From Hyaloraphidium curvatum SAG 235-1 (lineage: Eukaryota > Fungi > Monoblepharomycota), in NCBI GenBank assembly GCA_025558095.1, contig JAIVFI010000038.1, positions 452,612 to 516,611 of the forward strand: a stretch of DNA of 64,000 bases, in the 5' to 3' direction. The notes under the pieces were generated by a model. That model did not search any database, was not told the origin of the DNA, and worked only from the letters and a program-made list of their open reading frames with translations. Of this stretch, positions 32,288-44,165 are shown piece by piece (the first letter of the stretch is position 1; the number at the start of each line of letters is the position of its first letter). The position numbers and the translations under genes are program-made.

Positions 32288-34313
32288 ATGCTCCGTCTGC
32301 CGCGCGTCGCGCCCCGCCTGGCCGCGGGCCTTGCCCGCGGCGTCTCGACGACCTCCACGCCGCGCGCCGCCGCGGTCGCCACGGCGCCCGCCCCGCCGGC
32401 GGTCGACACGGCGTGGTCGTCGCTGCCCAACTCGTCGCGGTACCCGCCGATGAGCGAGGCCGAGATGGTGCGGCTGTGCAAGGAGCACACGATCTACACG
32501 TGGACCGCCGGCAACGCCGTGGCGCCGCTGCCCGTCGTGCGCGCCGAGGGCGCGTACATGTACGGGCCCAACGGCGAGCGCACGCTCGACTTCAACGCGC
32601 AGCTCATGAGCGTCATGATCGGCCACGGCGACCAGCGCGTCAAGGACGCCATGAAGCGCCAGATCGACGAGCTCATTTTCGTGTACCCCCAGGTTGGTAG
32701 TGGGCACGCGGACCTGAGTGAGGAACGGAGCGGAGTGGACCCTGCCTGTGCCGTCCTCGGTCTTGCCTGCTCAATTGTGGAGTTCTGGAGTTTTGTTTCG
32801 CTATTGGGGTTCTCAGGATGCCGGGGAGCGCTCGTCGTAGGACGGTTGCGCCTGGGCCGACTGTCTCCCGCGCCGGGCTCGCCTTATCTCGCGCCCCGAT
32901 TGCCGGGTGCCTCCGTGGCCAAACTCGTCTAACATTTCCTTCCCTTTCCCTCTTCTCCGCTCCTTGCTTGCAGACGGCGACGCCCGTCCGCGCCCGCCTC
33001 GGCAAGCTGCTCTCCGAGACCGTTCCCGGCATGGATGCCTTCTTCTTCGCCCTCGGCGGCGCCGAGGCCAACGAGAACGCGATCAAACTCGCGCGCCTGT
33101 ACACGGGGAAGCACAAGGTCATGTGCAGGCTTCGGTCGTGTGGGTGTGCTGCCCTCTGGACTTCGGTAGACTATGCTGATCTTCGTCCTCCGACCTTCGC
33201 TCGCTCAACTCTGATGGCCCCTTCCTCAACCATTTCTTTCCCCCGCTACCACATCGCGTCTCCCAAATTTGGTGGATGGCAGACCACGGCGGCACCCACC
33301 TCACCCTCTCCATGACCGGCGACCCGCGCCGTGCCTCTGCCGGGGTCGAGACCCCGGGCCTGATCCACGTCATGAACCCCCGCCCCTACTCCTTCTCCTT
33401 CGGCTCCACCGACACCGAGATCACGCGCAACTACCTGACCTACATCGAGGAGGTCATCCTCGAGGAGGGGCCCGGGTCGATCGCGGCCATGATCAACGAG
33501 ACCGTGACGGGGACCAACGGCGTGCTGGTGCCGCCGGCGGGGCTGATGGAGGGGCTGAGGGCGCTGTGCGACAAGTACAACATCGTGATGATCTGCGACG
33601 AGGTCATGTGCGGGTTCGGAAGGACGGGCAAGATGATGGGTGGGTTGCGGCGGGCCGTCCGCTGTTCCGTCAGGTCGCTCACGGCTCAAACCCACAGCCT
33701 ACGAGCACTTCAACATCGTCCCCGACCTCGTCACCATGGCCAAGGGCCTCACCTCGTCCTACTTCCCCCTCGGCGCCGTCGGCATGACCAAGAAGATCCA
33801 CGACTTTTTCCAGACCAACAACTACGGCGGCGGCCTGACCTACAACTCGCACCCCCTGGGACTGGCCACGGCCGAGGCCGTGCTCGAAGTGATGAAGGAG
33901 GACAAGCTAGTGGAGAACGCGGCGCGGATGGAGGGGCACCTCAAGAAGCACGTGGCAGAGATGAAGAGGAAGCACCCGAGCTTCAAGGAGGGCAGGGTCA
34001 TCGGGCTGTTCTGCATGGTGGGTCGCCATCGCCGGCAGCGGGGGAATGTGGTGGCTGACTTTGCCCGGTGTCTCCGCAGATGGACCTCCAGAAGAACTCG
34101 CGCGGCGACCCCTTCGTGCCCTACAACGGCCCCCCGAGCAAGGCCATGAACGAGCTCGGCGCCTTCTTCCGCAAGGAGGGCCTCTTCACCTTCCTGCGGT
34201 GGTCCACCTTCTCGTGCATACCCCCGCTCAACATCACCGAGGAGCAGCTGGCCGAGGGCTTCGAGATCGTCGACCGGGGGCTGGAGATCACGGACAGGGC
34301 GTTCGAGGGTTAG
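32288..34313 (+). CDS. class-III PLP aminotransferase (omega-amino acid/taurine-pyruvate type), mitochondrial presequence, 4 introns
   Basis: VVRAEGAYMY; LDFNAQL..IGHG; GGAEANENAIK; RS|YHGGT; ICDEVMCGFGRTG; PDLVTMAKGLT (PLP Lys); GLTYNSHP; presequence MLRLPRVAPRLAAGLARG. Confidence 0.92.
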
Positions 34314-34931
34314 GCGGGCGGATCGATGCCGAAGAGTGCCATCGCGTGTAGTCCTTTCCGGGCGTGTCTATAGACGGATCGTGTGACGTCTGAGTTCTTC
34401 GCGTCCCCTGGCCGATGAAGCAGGCATTTGTGACTGGGGTGTCCAGTCATCGGTCGACACCCCACTAACAATATCTGCGCTCAGCTCCGAGGCTTTTGCC
34501 CACGGATTGCCCTTGAGCGCTCGACACTTTAAGTCCGCGACATGATCTTGTCGGGCATGCCACCAGCGCTCAGATCGGAGTTCGAGGGCAAGTTCACGGT
34601 CTGCGGGGTCGGGGTTGGATGTGGATGTCGAACTACACAGTCAGCTACGGGGAAGATGTCCTTAAAGAAGCGCACACGTGTGAAAGGCTCGTCGGACCAG
34701 AGCGGGCAACCCGGGACGCTCTCGGCGACTTAGTCATGATCTGTCGAGGCTGAGGGTCCAAAGCGACGGAGAGGATCATGGCCGCGGACGAGGCTGATGT
34801 TCCAGACTGTGCAAAGCAAGGGAACTCGGTTTTTGTATTGAGTTGGGCAGCTTGTACGTCAGGAATCTGGTATACCTTTCCTCAGCGGGCCTGGTGGACC
34901 GATGCACGTCAGTGACGCGCTCTAGCTTTCA

Positions 34932-36084
34932 CTAGAGCCCATGATTGCCCACCTTGACCCCCGCAGCACCCCCGGTCTTCTTGTCCGACACCTTTTTCGC
35001 CCCACTCGGAGCAGCCTGCGCCTCCTCGTACGGCACCGGCCCCTGCAGCACGCTCGCACACGCGCGGCACTTGACCGCCTTCTTGGGCACCTTTTCCAGG
35101 CAGTACGGGCAGGGAGCCATCTCCTTGTCGGCCTTGGCCTTGGCCTCTGCGTCGAGCCGGGCCTTCTGGTCCTGCGTGACGGCGAACAGGCGGACGATCA
35201 TGTAGAGCACGGGCGCTGCGCCATCACAGGTCAACTGGTGTCTGTCGGCGAAAGCTAGGAGGTCTGGGCCCACCAATGAAGAGGAAGTTGAGGATTGTTT
35301 GGCACCAATGGCCCCAGTAGATCGCGACCGCGCCGTCGGACTTGGCGAGCTCGTACGAATCGTAGGTCGTGTTGCCAGAGGAGCCGGGCCGGATAACATG
35401 CAGCTTGTTGATCAGGGCGGGGCCATCAGCGGTGAGGCTCGCGAGGACCGGAGAGAGAAAATCATCAACAGTCTGCGGGTGCGGGACCGCAGAAATCAGT
35501 GAGGCCGGGGCCAAGACGTTGGACAGATACTCACAGCGTTGACGATAGAGGTAAAGCCGGCCCCAATGATCACACCGACGGCCAGGTCGAGGACGTTCTG
35601 AGTGCGAAGAGTCGAAAATGAGATCGATAATCGCCACGCCCAGCCGGCACGCCACTCACCCCACGGTTGATGAAGGCGACAAAATCAGAAAAGAGCCACT
35701 CCATGCCCCTGGCTACGTAGAGCACGTTCTCCTCGATCTCGTCCGGGACAAAGTCGCTGGTGGCGGCAACGTTGAGCGCCGTCCAAAGGGACAAAGCCCC
35801 GCCTTCAGCCCGCACCTGATGATTTTCTTGACGTCCTGCACCGCACTTTCGATGTCCTCCTTCACGTCTCCGATCTTGTCCGCCAGCGACGCCACGGCCG
35901 CGGCAATAGCAGGCTCGTCCTCTTCCTCGGCGAGCTGCGCGGCCACCTCGGCCTCAGCCATGGCCTCGGCGACCGTCTCCTTTGCTTCTTCCATCATAGC
36001 TTTCGCGGCTTCGGCGGTCGATTGCGCCGAATCCATGAGCTGCTCGGCGTTGGCGAGGTGCTCCTCGGCGTCGACTGGAGCCAT
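34932..36084 (-). CDS. mscL: large-conductance mechanosensitive channel MscL homolog with N-terminal acidic helical extension and C-terminal zinc ribbon, 4 introns
   Basis: FSDFVAFINRG|NVLDLAVGVIIGAGFTSIVNA|TVDDFLSPVL (MscL TM1 signature); YWGHWCQTILNFLFI|APVLYMIV (TM2); CPYCLEKVPKKAVKCRAC. Confidence 0.88.
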
Positions 36085-36688
36085 GCAAAAAGGGGTCAGA
36101 TGCCATCTCCAGAGCCTCACGAGCCCATCTCGATCACAATCGGAGGCCACGGAGCAGCGCTGGTGCCCCTGGTTCGCCCTCCCCGGCTCGACCCCTCCGC
36201 CAACCCTCCTTTCTCGCCCCGCCGCGTCGCCGCACCTTTGCCGTCACTGTTGAGGTCGCGCGCGTCCTTCCCGTCCGCCACGGGCGCCGGTTCGCTGACC
36301 ATCTTTCCCGCGCTCGTTTTGATGGCTTTGATTCGCGGGAAGAGGGAGGAATGGCCGGGGAGAAGGCGGCCAAGAAGAAGATTCGCGGACCCTGACCTCT
36401 GAGAGGTCGGTCCCGCCGCCGCCGCCTTTCCGACGCGTCTGAGTCCGGGAGCTAAGTGAGCATGGCGAAACAATACTTACGGAGGACGATGCGCGCCGAC
36501 AATCGCATTGACTGGTCGCACGGGAACGGGGTGTGTACCATCACCACGTGTGTAGATCCGAGGAGAGCAACGAACCATCATCTCTAGATGATCGGGCCAA
36601 TACGATCGCTACTTTATTCTTGATGCCCAATCCAAGGCGAGCGCATACGGCTGATTGTCGGCAAACGGCTTGTTCCAACTGCGGTCGC

Positions 36689-37868
36689 TCACTTCTTGGC
36701 CGCGAGGTGCTCCTTGAACCACGCGACCTGCTCCTTCGAGTTCTTACCGAACCAATCGCCCTCGTAGCTTCAGCGCCCCGTGTTAGCATGAACAACTGCC
36801 GCCGTCCGGAATCCACCCACGGGTCAAAGTGTCCGCAGTCGAGCATCACGAACTTCTTGGTGCCGCCGAGCTTCTCCTCGTACAGCTGCTTAGCCAGCTT
36901 GGACGGCACCAGCGAGTCGTGCTCGGCAGCCACCATGAGTAGCGGCGTGGGTGCGATCAGGGGGAGGAAGTCCCCGGGGTTGTAGGCCGCGGTGAGCTCG
37001 ACGCTGCGGGCCGTGATGGCGTTGGTCCACACGCCGGGGTGCTTCTTCTCGAAGCTAGGCGGAATCCGTCAGCCGAGGCCAACGACTGGCCGTTGGATCA
37101 CCCACTTGTCGAAGAAGGTGAAGCTGTCGTCGGTCGGGAGCGCCACGCCGACGTTGTCCTTGGCCACGACCGGCAGCATCACCGGCTTCTCGCCCTTGAA
37201 CCTGGCCGACCTGTCCGCCGCGAACAGCGCGCGCATGGCCGCCTGGCCCTCGGCAGGCAGCCCGCCGAAGAAGGTCGAGCCCGAAAGGAGCGCGACCTGC
37301 GAGACGGCGCACTTGATACGCTTGTCCGTGGCCGTGGCGACGATGACGTTGCCGCCCGAGTACGACGAGCCCCAGCCACCGACCCGGTCCGGGTCCGTTG
37401 ACTCCTTGGTGATGGCGTACGAGATGGCGTCGCTGTAGTCCGAGACCTGCAGCCACGGCTGGATCTCGCCGCGGGGCTGGCCCTCGGACTCGCCGAAATT
37501 GCGGTTGTCGAACACCAGCGCGTTGAACCCGTTGCGGGCAAACTCCTCGGCGAACGAATCCAGCGCCATCTCCTTGACGGCCGAGAGGCCGTGTGCCATC
37601 ACGATGGTCGGGCGTTTGGCCTCCGAGGACAGGCCCTCGTACCACCAGGCGCGGAGGAGGGTCCCATCGGTGGCCTTAAACTCCACCTTTTGCTGGACGG
37701 CTGCGGTGGTATTGGGGTCGTGGCGACGCGCCGAGAGAGGATTCGTTCGCCGGTCCGGGTTCAAGCGGCGGGGTTCAGGGCGCCACGGAAACAGGCGTCA
37801 GACGACGGGGCGCCAAACGGCAACGCCCCGAGATGCTCACGCGAGGCACCGGCGTCTGCGGCGGGCAT
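36689..37868 (-). CDS. alpha/beta hydrolase (peptidase S15/CocE-like), 3 introns
   Basis: DGTLLRAW; IVMAHG; FDNRNFGESEGQPR; GWGSSYSGG (GxSxxG); PLLMVAAEHD; CGHFDP. Confidence 0.88.
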
Positions 37869-38176
37869 TTTGGGCGGCAGCGAGCGGCGGTACGGGAGAG
37901 GGTGGCAAGGGAGACAGTCGTACAGGGGAGTGGCGGATGGAGCCGCCGGCGTGCAGTGCTTCACTCGCGCTTGATCCCGGACATTTCTCCTCCATCCTGA
38001 GAGAAAGCGCTGCAACTACAAGCTGTCAAGACGATTACATCGCTGATCGATCACCTACGGGGCGGCAGGGACGTGTGCGGTGGCAGCACGCTCAGTTAGA
38101 TCGCGAAATCAATACAAAAGGTCCTAATCAGCAGTCATCTCCTCGATCAGAGCACTTGCTCCAGTAAACGGCGCAG

Positions 38177-38669
38177 CTACGCGGCCCCTGCTTTCGCCGC
38201 CTCTGCCCTCTCCATCTCGGCCAGCATCTCCCTCCCCTTCTCGGTCCGCGGGATCAGCTTCGGGCGGTAGTAGCTCCGCACCACGTCGTGCGTCTTGCTC
38301 CAATCGCTCCCCGACACGCCGCCGACGCGCCGCCCGTTCCAGTACAACGCGATGTGGGGCAGGCCGTCCGGCAGTGCCTCGCCGGCGCGCGGGCACGCGT
38401 CCACGTCGGCCTTGGCGAAGACCGCGTCCGGGAATTCGGCGGGGAGCGTCTCGAAGCGGCCTGCGATGAGCTGGCACGGCTCGCTGGGGCGGCCGCCACG
38501 CAGGGGTGAGCTCGCGGGTCGGCCAGTCAGGGCTCGAGGGACCCCACCACCACGCCGCCGAAAACTCGACGGCGACGAGCTTGCCCGCCGTGCCGTCGAT
38601 CAGACGCTGCAGCTCGTCGTCGTTGCTGGGGGAAAGCACGTCGGACGGCGATGGCGAGGCCTGGGTCAT
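38177..38669 (-). CDS. thioredoxin-like protein (WCEPC), 1 intron
   Basis: LVAVEFSAAW-C|EPCQLI restored across the intron; AVFAKADVD; LPHIALYWNG. Confidence 0.8.
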
Positions 38670-38837
38670 TCCGGAGAAGTTCTGCTCTTGGCGGGTCCCA
38701 AGTGCTCCAAATCCGAACCCAAGCCAGTAACTGGCAACTGGAAGCAACGCTTTGTCCTTTAAAGCTCAAGGCTCCCAGATCCTCTTCGCACGGTCGGTCT
38801 GGATCAAGAGTCCTCGCCCAGTTCCCATTTCGTTCCT

Positions 38838-38899
38838 CCGGGACAAATGACTCCCCGGGACAAATGACTCTCCGGAAGCTACTCCCAAAGCTACTCCCA
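38838..38899. repeat. two short tandem duplications in intergenic DNA
   Basis: ccgggacaaatgactc twice, followed by aagctactccca twice. Confidence 0.6.
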
Positions 38900-39015
38900 C
38901 TCCGAAGTCATGGCTCAACATAGTACTGCACTGAACTACACGAGAAGCTGGTAACGTAACTTTGTCTTGAATCACCTTCTGCCTAGGAGTACCCCAGGTG
39001 AACCAAGTCCCGAGC

Positions 39016-39560
39016 CTACTGGATGTTGCAAAAGTACAGGTCGTAGCCCGCCGCCGCGTCGTAACCCGAGCACGTGCTCCAGCAGGTGCAAGCGCCGCTG
39101 GTCTTGTGCCTCGCGATGTAGTTCCCGCCGGCCTGGGTCTCGCAGTACCTCAGGCATTCCTCGGGGGAGGCGGTGCCGGTCGTCATCCCGTCGTACAGTT
39201 CGTCGGAGCACACCACGTCGTTCGAAGAAAGCGTGCACTGGTCGGCAAAGTACCGGCGGTACAGGCCGCGCCTGTCTCCTTGGGGGTAGGCAACACAGGC
39301 CACAGAGCCGGCGGGCGCGCCGGGGTAGGCGTACTCGCTGCCGCCGCGGGCGCGGGGACGTTAGCAGCCCATCAGGGCGCCGATTCGCGGCCAAGGAGCG
39401 CTCACCAGTAGGAGGCCTGGTCGCAGTCGGCGCAGGAGCGCCGGAACACGCCGACGTTGCCGGGCGCGGCGGCGGAGACCACCTGCGGCGCGGCGTCCGC
39501 CGCCCCGGCGAGGGCGGCGGCGGCAAGACCGAGGTAGAGAAAGGCTAACGCGATGCGCAT
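39016..39560 (-). CDS. small secreted Cys-rich protein, paralog of 13398-14033, 1 intron
   Basis: Signal MRIALAFLYLGLAAAALAGA; CADCDQASY|CGSEYAYPGAPAGSVACVAY...LYRRY; ECLRYCETQ...CTCWSTC. Confidence 0.75.
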
Positions 39561-39671
39561 GACGGTAGGACAGAGGTGTGCAGCGGCCTGAAATGTCGAT
39601 TTGGTGCGTCCCTTGCCTCTGACGTAGTTCGGAGGCTGGTGAAGGACTTCACCCTTGCAGCCCAAGGATCC

Positions 39672-40498
39672 CTAACCCTCAGTTCGAAAGGTCACGTCAA
39701 AATGTCGCATCTCGATTTGAAAGTGCCGGATTGATGATCTTGGGATGCGGAACAAGCAAAGGCACGCGGTATCCGTGGTCAAAGGCGGGATGTCCGGTCG
39801 TCCCATCGGACACGAATCGTTCCGGTGGACGCCCGGCAGGTAGTTTCTCGGCAGCTCTAAAAAGGAGAAATCTGCTGTCGACGCCCGTGGCCGGCTCTTT
39901 GACAGTGATTCGGGGGTTATCACAATCGTTGGAAGCACCCGACGACTCTGCGACTCTCTGTCGCCACCGTAATTGTACAGGTTGATTTTCGTCAAAGCAG
40001 GACAGCCCCGCGCGAATGATTCGCAGGCGCAACGGAGCAGTTCGTCGGCAACGTCGGCGTAAATGGTCAGGTTCTCCAGGGCGGGAAACCGGCACGGAAA
40101 AGAGCTAGGTTCCGGCCCCTTGAACTCCGTGCTTCCGAAGTCGATGGTCACCTCCTTCAAGCTCGGCCACTCCAGAGAGGCGAAGAGATAGAACGGAACC
40201 GTCGTGGGGCCATAGATCCTCGCGTCTGTGATATGGGGAGCCAGCGCCCCTGCCAGACCCGAGTTCCACAGCCAGGAAGCTTCATTCTCCTTGTCATTGA
40301 CCACGAAGATGCGGCACATGCTGAACTTGTTGGCCCCGCCGGAATCCATCGCGAAGTTCTTCATGCCAGAGCCCGACCCCAAGAACGCCGACCACTCCTT
40401 GCCATCCGGTTCGTCGGTGCGCATTAAGTGACCAAGCAACCGCGTCACGAAGTACGGGAGCAAAAGCGCGTGCACCGCGCGCGATGCGAAGGCCATCT
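39672..40498 (-). CDS. hypothetical RNI-like/LRR-like protein, possibly 5'-truncated F-box family member
   Basis: WPSLKEVTIDF, FPALENLTIY, CPALTKINLY repeats; start uncertain. Confidence 0.45.
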
Positions 40499-40705
40499 CG
40501 CGGTGGGTCTGGATGGGCGACGCGAGCGCCACGGCGAGAAGAGAAGCAGCTCCGGAATCAGGCCGGGAGCCGGATCTTCTTCTTCTCCGGCGTCCATTTC
40601 GTCGCCGCGTGGCTCCATCTCGCGCTTTGCAGATCGGCCCTCGAGCGCGGAGTGTTGGCAGGTGTGTGATCGATGTTTCCACGGAAACCAACGTCCCCCT
40701 CGGCA

Positions 40706-42181
40706 ATGGACGGCGCGGCGGTGATCGACGTGCCCCGCAAGAACGGGCCGTGGAGCGACGTGGCGTGGCTCGGCCTCCTCCCGGGAGAACTGACCCGGGA
40801 CGGCGGAGCCCCGTGGGCAGCCGTGCCTCCCGACCCGGCGCGAGCGGGGCGCGACGCGGACCCGCTCTCGCCCGAACGCGTGGCGCAGGTGCTCTCCGAC
40901 GCCGGGTCGCCGGCGCTGGGCGCCTTTATGGCCTTCCGCATGCGCGCTCTGGCCCGCGCGTCGCTATGGCAGTTCGCACTCTGGTTCTCAATGGCCACGT
41001 TCGCATCCCCGCTCTTGGCCGTGCCTTTTGTCGTAGGCACATACTCGTCGCGGGCACTGGGCACTGTTGTTGCCTCATTTCTCTGGTCGACCATGGCGTG
41101 GTTCGTCGTCAACGCGTTCGGCACGCGGGTTAACTCGGGCCACAGGGATCTCGCGTTCGAGCAGTTCGTGCGCTACGCTCTGTTGCTCGCGACGAATTCG
41201 TCGGACACGGATTCGCTCGTGGAGCACTGGGAGAGGGATTCACGTTGTCCCTGCCCCGCCCCGACGTGCCTTGGCCGGTTTCGGACAACTTTCGCTCGCT
41301 CTCTTGTTGTCCGCACAGTGTACACGTTTGCTTGCCTTTGGACGGCGTACACTTTTCTTGCCTTTTACACCCAGCTGGTGACGCTGGCGGGGTACACATG
41401 GACGCATGCGTGGAGTCTAGCTTTCGCCGTGCTCGGTCTGCTCGCACGGACCATGTGGTACATCGCGGGCGCGCTCGTATTGCCGATGAGCATGAACGCC
41501 GCTCTGCTGGACGTCTCCAGTCGGCTCGAGGTCCGAGCGTTCGATGTTTCGCTGGGCCAACTTGTGGAGTCGGCGGCAGCCGCAGTCTCCTCATTCGGAG
41601 CCGAACGGGAAGCAGCTCAAGAACCTACGTCCCTACCCTCCATTGCCGCCGGCCCGTACTGGATCGTGCACGACGCTCTGGCCCCACGAATGCGCACCAG
41701 GTTCGCCGAATTCCGCCCGAACAGCCACCTCGTGCTCGCTGGCATCGCCATCGAGCTGATATCGGGCTTCATCTACGCCGTCGGCTCCTCCTGTCTGCCC
41801 GCCTGGGTGCTCATGTCCGTCGCCACGTGGATCTCGTTCGCCCTCTCGGACCTCGTCACCGTCGCCCGCGCCAACGCCCGCGCCGGGGCCGTCGCGGACC
41901 TGCACCGCGCCGCCGCCGCCGACCTGCACCGCCTCGTGCTCTCCCTCCCCCCTACGGAGCTTGCGGCCCCGCTCCGCAGGCAGCTCCTGGACCGCGAGTC
42001 CGCGCTCGCCTCCGTGGCGGGCGAGGCGGAGCACATGCGGGCCAGGTTCGCGGGGTTGGTCGTGGACACGGGGGTCGTGAGGACCGTGCTTGCGACGGGG
42101 CTGACGGTGGGGGTGGCGCTGTTTGGGATAGTGAGGGGGTCGGTGGCGGTGACGCTGGAGAGCGTGTGCAACACGGCGTGA
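40706..42181 (+). CDS. 7-TM membrane protein, gustatory-receptor-like (7TMIC) candidate, copy 1, intronless
   Basis: About 7 hydrophobic segments; loop motif H-x6-CPCPAPTC; post-TM6 VARANA; terminal ARFAGLVVDTGVVRTVLATGLTVGVALFGIVRG. Confidence 0.7.
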   Translation: MDGAAVIDVPRKNGPWSDVAWLGLLPGELTRDGGAPWAAVPPDPARAGRDADPLSPERVAQVLSDAGSPALGAFMAFRMRALARASLWQFALWFSMATFASPLLAVPFVVGTYSSRALGTVVASFLWSTMAWFVVNAFGTRVNSGHRDLAFEQFVRYALLLATNSSDTDSLVEHWERDSRCPCPAPTCLGRFRTTFARSLVVRTVYTFACLWTAYTFLAFYTQLVTLAGYTWTHAWSLAFAVLGLLARTMWYIAGALVLPMSMNAALLDVSSRLEVRAFDVSLGQLVESAAAAVSSFGAEREAAQEPTSLPSIAAGPYWIVHDALAPRMRTRFAEFRPNSHLVLAGIAIELISGFIYAVGSSCLPAWVLMSVATWISFALSDLVTVARANARAGAVADLHRAAAADLHRLVLSLPPTELAAPLRRQLLDRESALASVAGEAEHMRARFAGLVVDTGVVRTVLATGLTVGVALFGIVRGSVAVTLESVCNTA

Positions 42182-42457
42182 AGTTCGATTGGAGAAGTCC
42201 GTTGCGGACTTGTTCCCGAGCCGCATCCGATGTCGGCCCTTTCATGATTGTACTCCTCACCGCAATTCGATCCATTTGTCGTCTCTGTCCGATCGCTCGA
42301 TGGAATATGCACGTTCCAGCAGACTGCGGCGGGGCCAAGGGCGGGGCTAGCGTCAGGGCCCGTGTCGCTCTCCGCCCTACAAACCTCGCCGCCCTGGCGA
42401 TCGCGCAGGACTTCGGGAGCCGTCTGCGAAGTGGCTTCAAGCGTCGCGATCGTGGCA

Positions 42458-43918
42458 ATGGGAAACGAACCGGACGCGGCCGCGCCTGCCCTCGCGCCGG
42501 GCAAACGTGCCGCGCTCGCGTTCTCGGCACCGGAGCTCCTCGCCATCTTCCCCGCCCCGCTGCCCGACCCGGATGCGCCGCGCCTCGCTGCTGACGACGA
42601 GGCGGCCGACCCCGCTTTGCAGATCCGCGAGGCGGCGCCGCTCTCGAAAGACGCGTTTTTTGCGCTGCTCAAGAACCACGGCGCGGCCAGATGGGCGGCC
42701 GCCCTGCACCTGTGGTTCCGCCCGTTTTTCGCGCGCTTCGCCGCGATGACCGTGCCAATCATGCTGTTGACGGCCGCGATGACGGCCCCGCTGTGGCTGT
42801 TCAACGGGACGCAGCTCCTCTTTTCCGCCCGCTCGCTTGCCATCGCAACCACGGTGCAGGCTGCGTACTCGGGCTTGTTAATTCCCGGACTGGTCTTTAC
42901 TACGTGGTCTGCGCGCGGGATAGCAGGAGTGCACCGGACGCGAGTCAACGAGGATTTTTCCGGGCACGTCTACGGTGGCGTCGCGCGCTGGGCCCAGCTC
43001 TGCGCGGAAGGCAGGTCGAGGCTGATTCAGCACGACGGCGGGGACCCTCTGTGCCCGTGCAGCTCGCCTTCCTGCGCATTGCGTTCGGCCGATACGGCTG
43101 CAATGACGGCTCTCTTCCTGAATTCTGTCTTCTCGTGCTTCGAGTCGTTCGTCTTCTTCGCGCAGACTTGGACGGCAACGGTGACCTTTGCTCCCAGAAC
43201 CTTTGCCAGCCCTTGGAGCACAGTTCTTGCCGTATTCAACATTGCCGCTATCTCCATCTACCAACTTGTGCGCATTCCCGCTGACCTCGTTCAGAACCCA
43301 CCACTCGACCTCGCCAAGCGAATCCGCCACCGCGCTGTCCTCATGCTGATGCAGGATGTGGTCGCGCGACGCGATTCACTGTCCCTGCCGGCCTCCACCG
43401 AACCCTATGTTGCCTTCCACTATTCCTTGTCTACGGCATGGGCTTCGAACCTCGCTCGCTTCCATGGCGGCTCTGGCTTTGTCTTGTTTGTGGCCGGCTT
43501 TTGCTTGGCCAACTGCATAGTCATGGCCGCTGCGGACGGCTGCATCCCTCTCGCTTGGCCTCTCCTCCTGCTCGAAGTTCTCGCGTCCTCCACGCTTCGC
43601 ATGATCTTTCTGACCGCTTCTTGGAACGCCGGAATCTCTTCCATCCGCGCACTGTACAGTTCCGCCGCGACCCAGCTCCTCAAGCGCGAGACCGACCCCG
43701 CCTTGGGCTCCCCTGCACGGACGCACGCGGAGCTGCTCCGCGCGTTCGCGGCCGACGACATGCGCGGGAAATGGCTGGGCATACCCGTGGATTACTCCGT
43801 GGCAAGGACGGTGGCCGTGACGGGGGTCACCGTGGTCCTGGGGCTGTGGACGGTGGTCAGGGGGGCTGGCGTGGTTTTCACGATCCAGAACGTCTGCGGT
43901 GGGATCCCTGTAGATTGA
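42458..43918 (+). CDS. 7-TM membrane protein, gustatory-receptor-like candidate, copy 2 (tandem paralog), intronless
   Basis: Same layout; H-x6-CPCSSPSC; GCIP..W; TASWNAG; GKWLGIPVDYSVARTVAVTGVTVVLGLWTVVRG..VFTIQNVC. Confidence 0.7.
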   Translation: MGNEPDAAAPALAPGKRAALAFSAPELLAIFPAPLPDPDAPRLAADDEAADPALQIREAAPLSKDAFFALLKNHGAARWAAALHLWFRPFFARFAAMTVPIMLLTAAMTAPLWLFNGTQLLFSARSLAIATTVQAAYSGLLIPGLVFTTWSARGIAGVHRTRVNEDFSGHVYGGVARWAQLCAEGRSRLIQHDGGDPLCPCSSPSCALRSADTAAMTALFLNSVFSCFESFVFFAQTWTATVTFAPRTFASPWSTVLAVFNIAAISIYQLVRIPADLVQNPPLDLAKRIRHRAVLMLMQDVVARRDSLSLPASTEPYVAFHYSLSTAWASNLARFHGGSGFVLFVAGFCLANCIVMAAADGCIPLAWPLLLLEVLASSTLRMIFLTASWNAGISSIRALYSSAATQLLKRETDPALGSPARTHAELLRAFAADDMRGKWLGIPVDYSVARTVAVTGVTVVLGLWTVVRGAGVVFTIQNVCGGIPVD

Positions 43919-44165
43919 GACGGTGTTGCCAAAGTCTTGCTGTTACTGTGTCGATTTCCAAAACAGAGCGATCGGTCCCAATGATTTCATGCACGCGGCT
44001 CCCCTTCTATGATTATGCCCTAAAGTACAGCTGCAACCCCCGCCCGGCCATCCGCCGGGCCCGTTATAGATATCCTTTGCGATGGAATGCTGGAATCTGG
44101 AGGCACGATCAGCTCCCGACGGTTGCCCCACGGCCGCGGCACCGTACCGACAATCTGGTAGCCCA

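Noticed and set aside
34380-34900. Intergenic stretch with exon-like fragments on the minus strand
   Set aside because: No coherent gene model or homology could be recognised.
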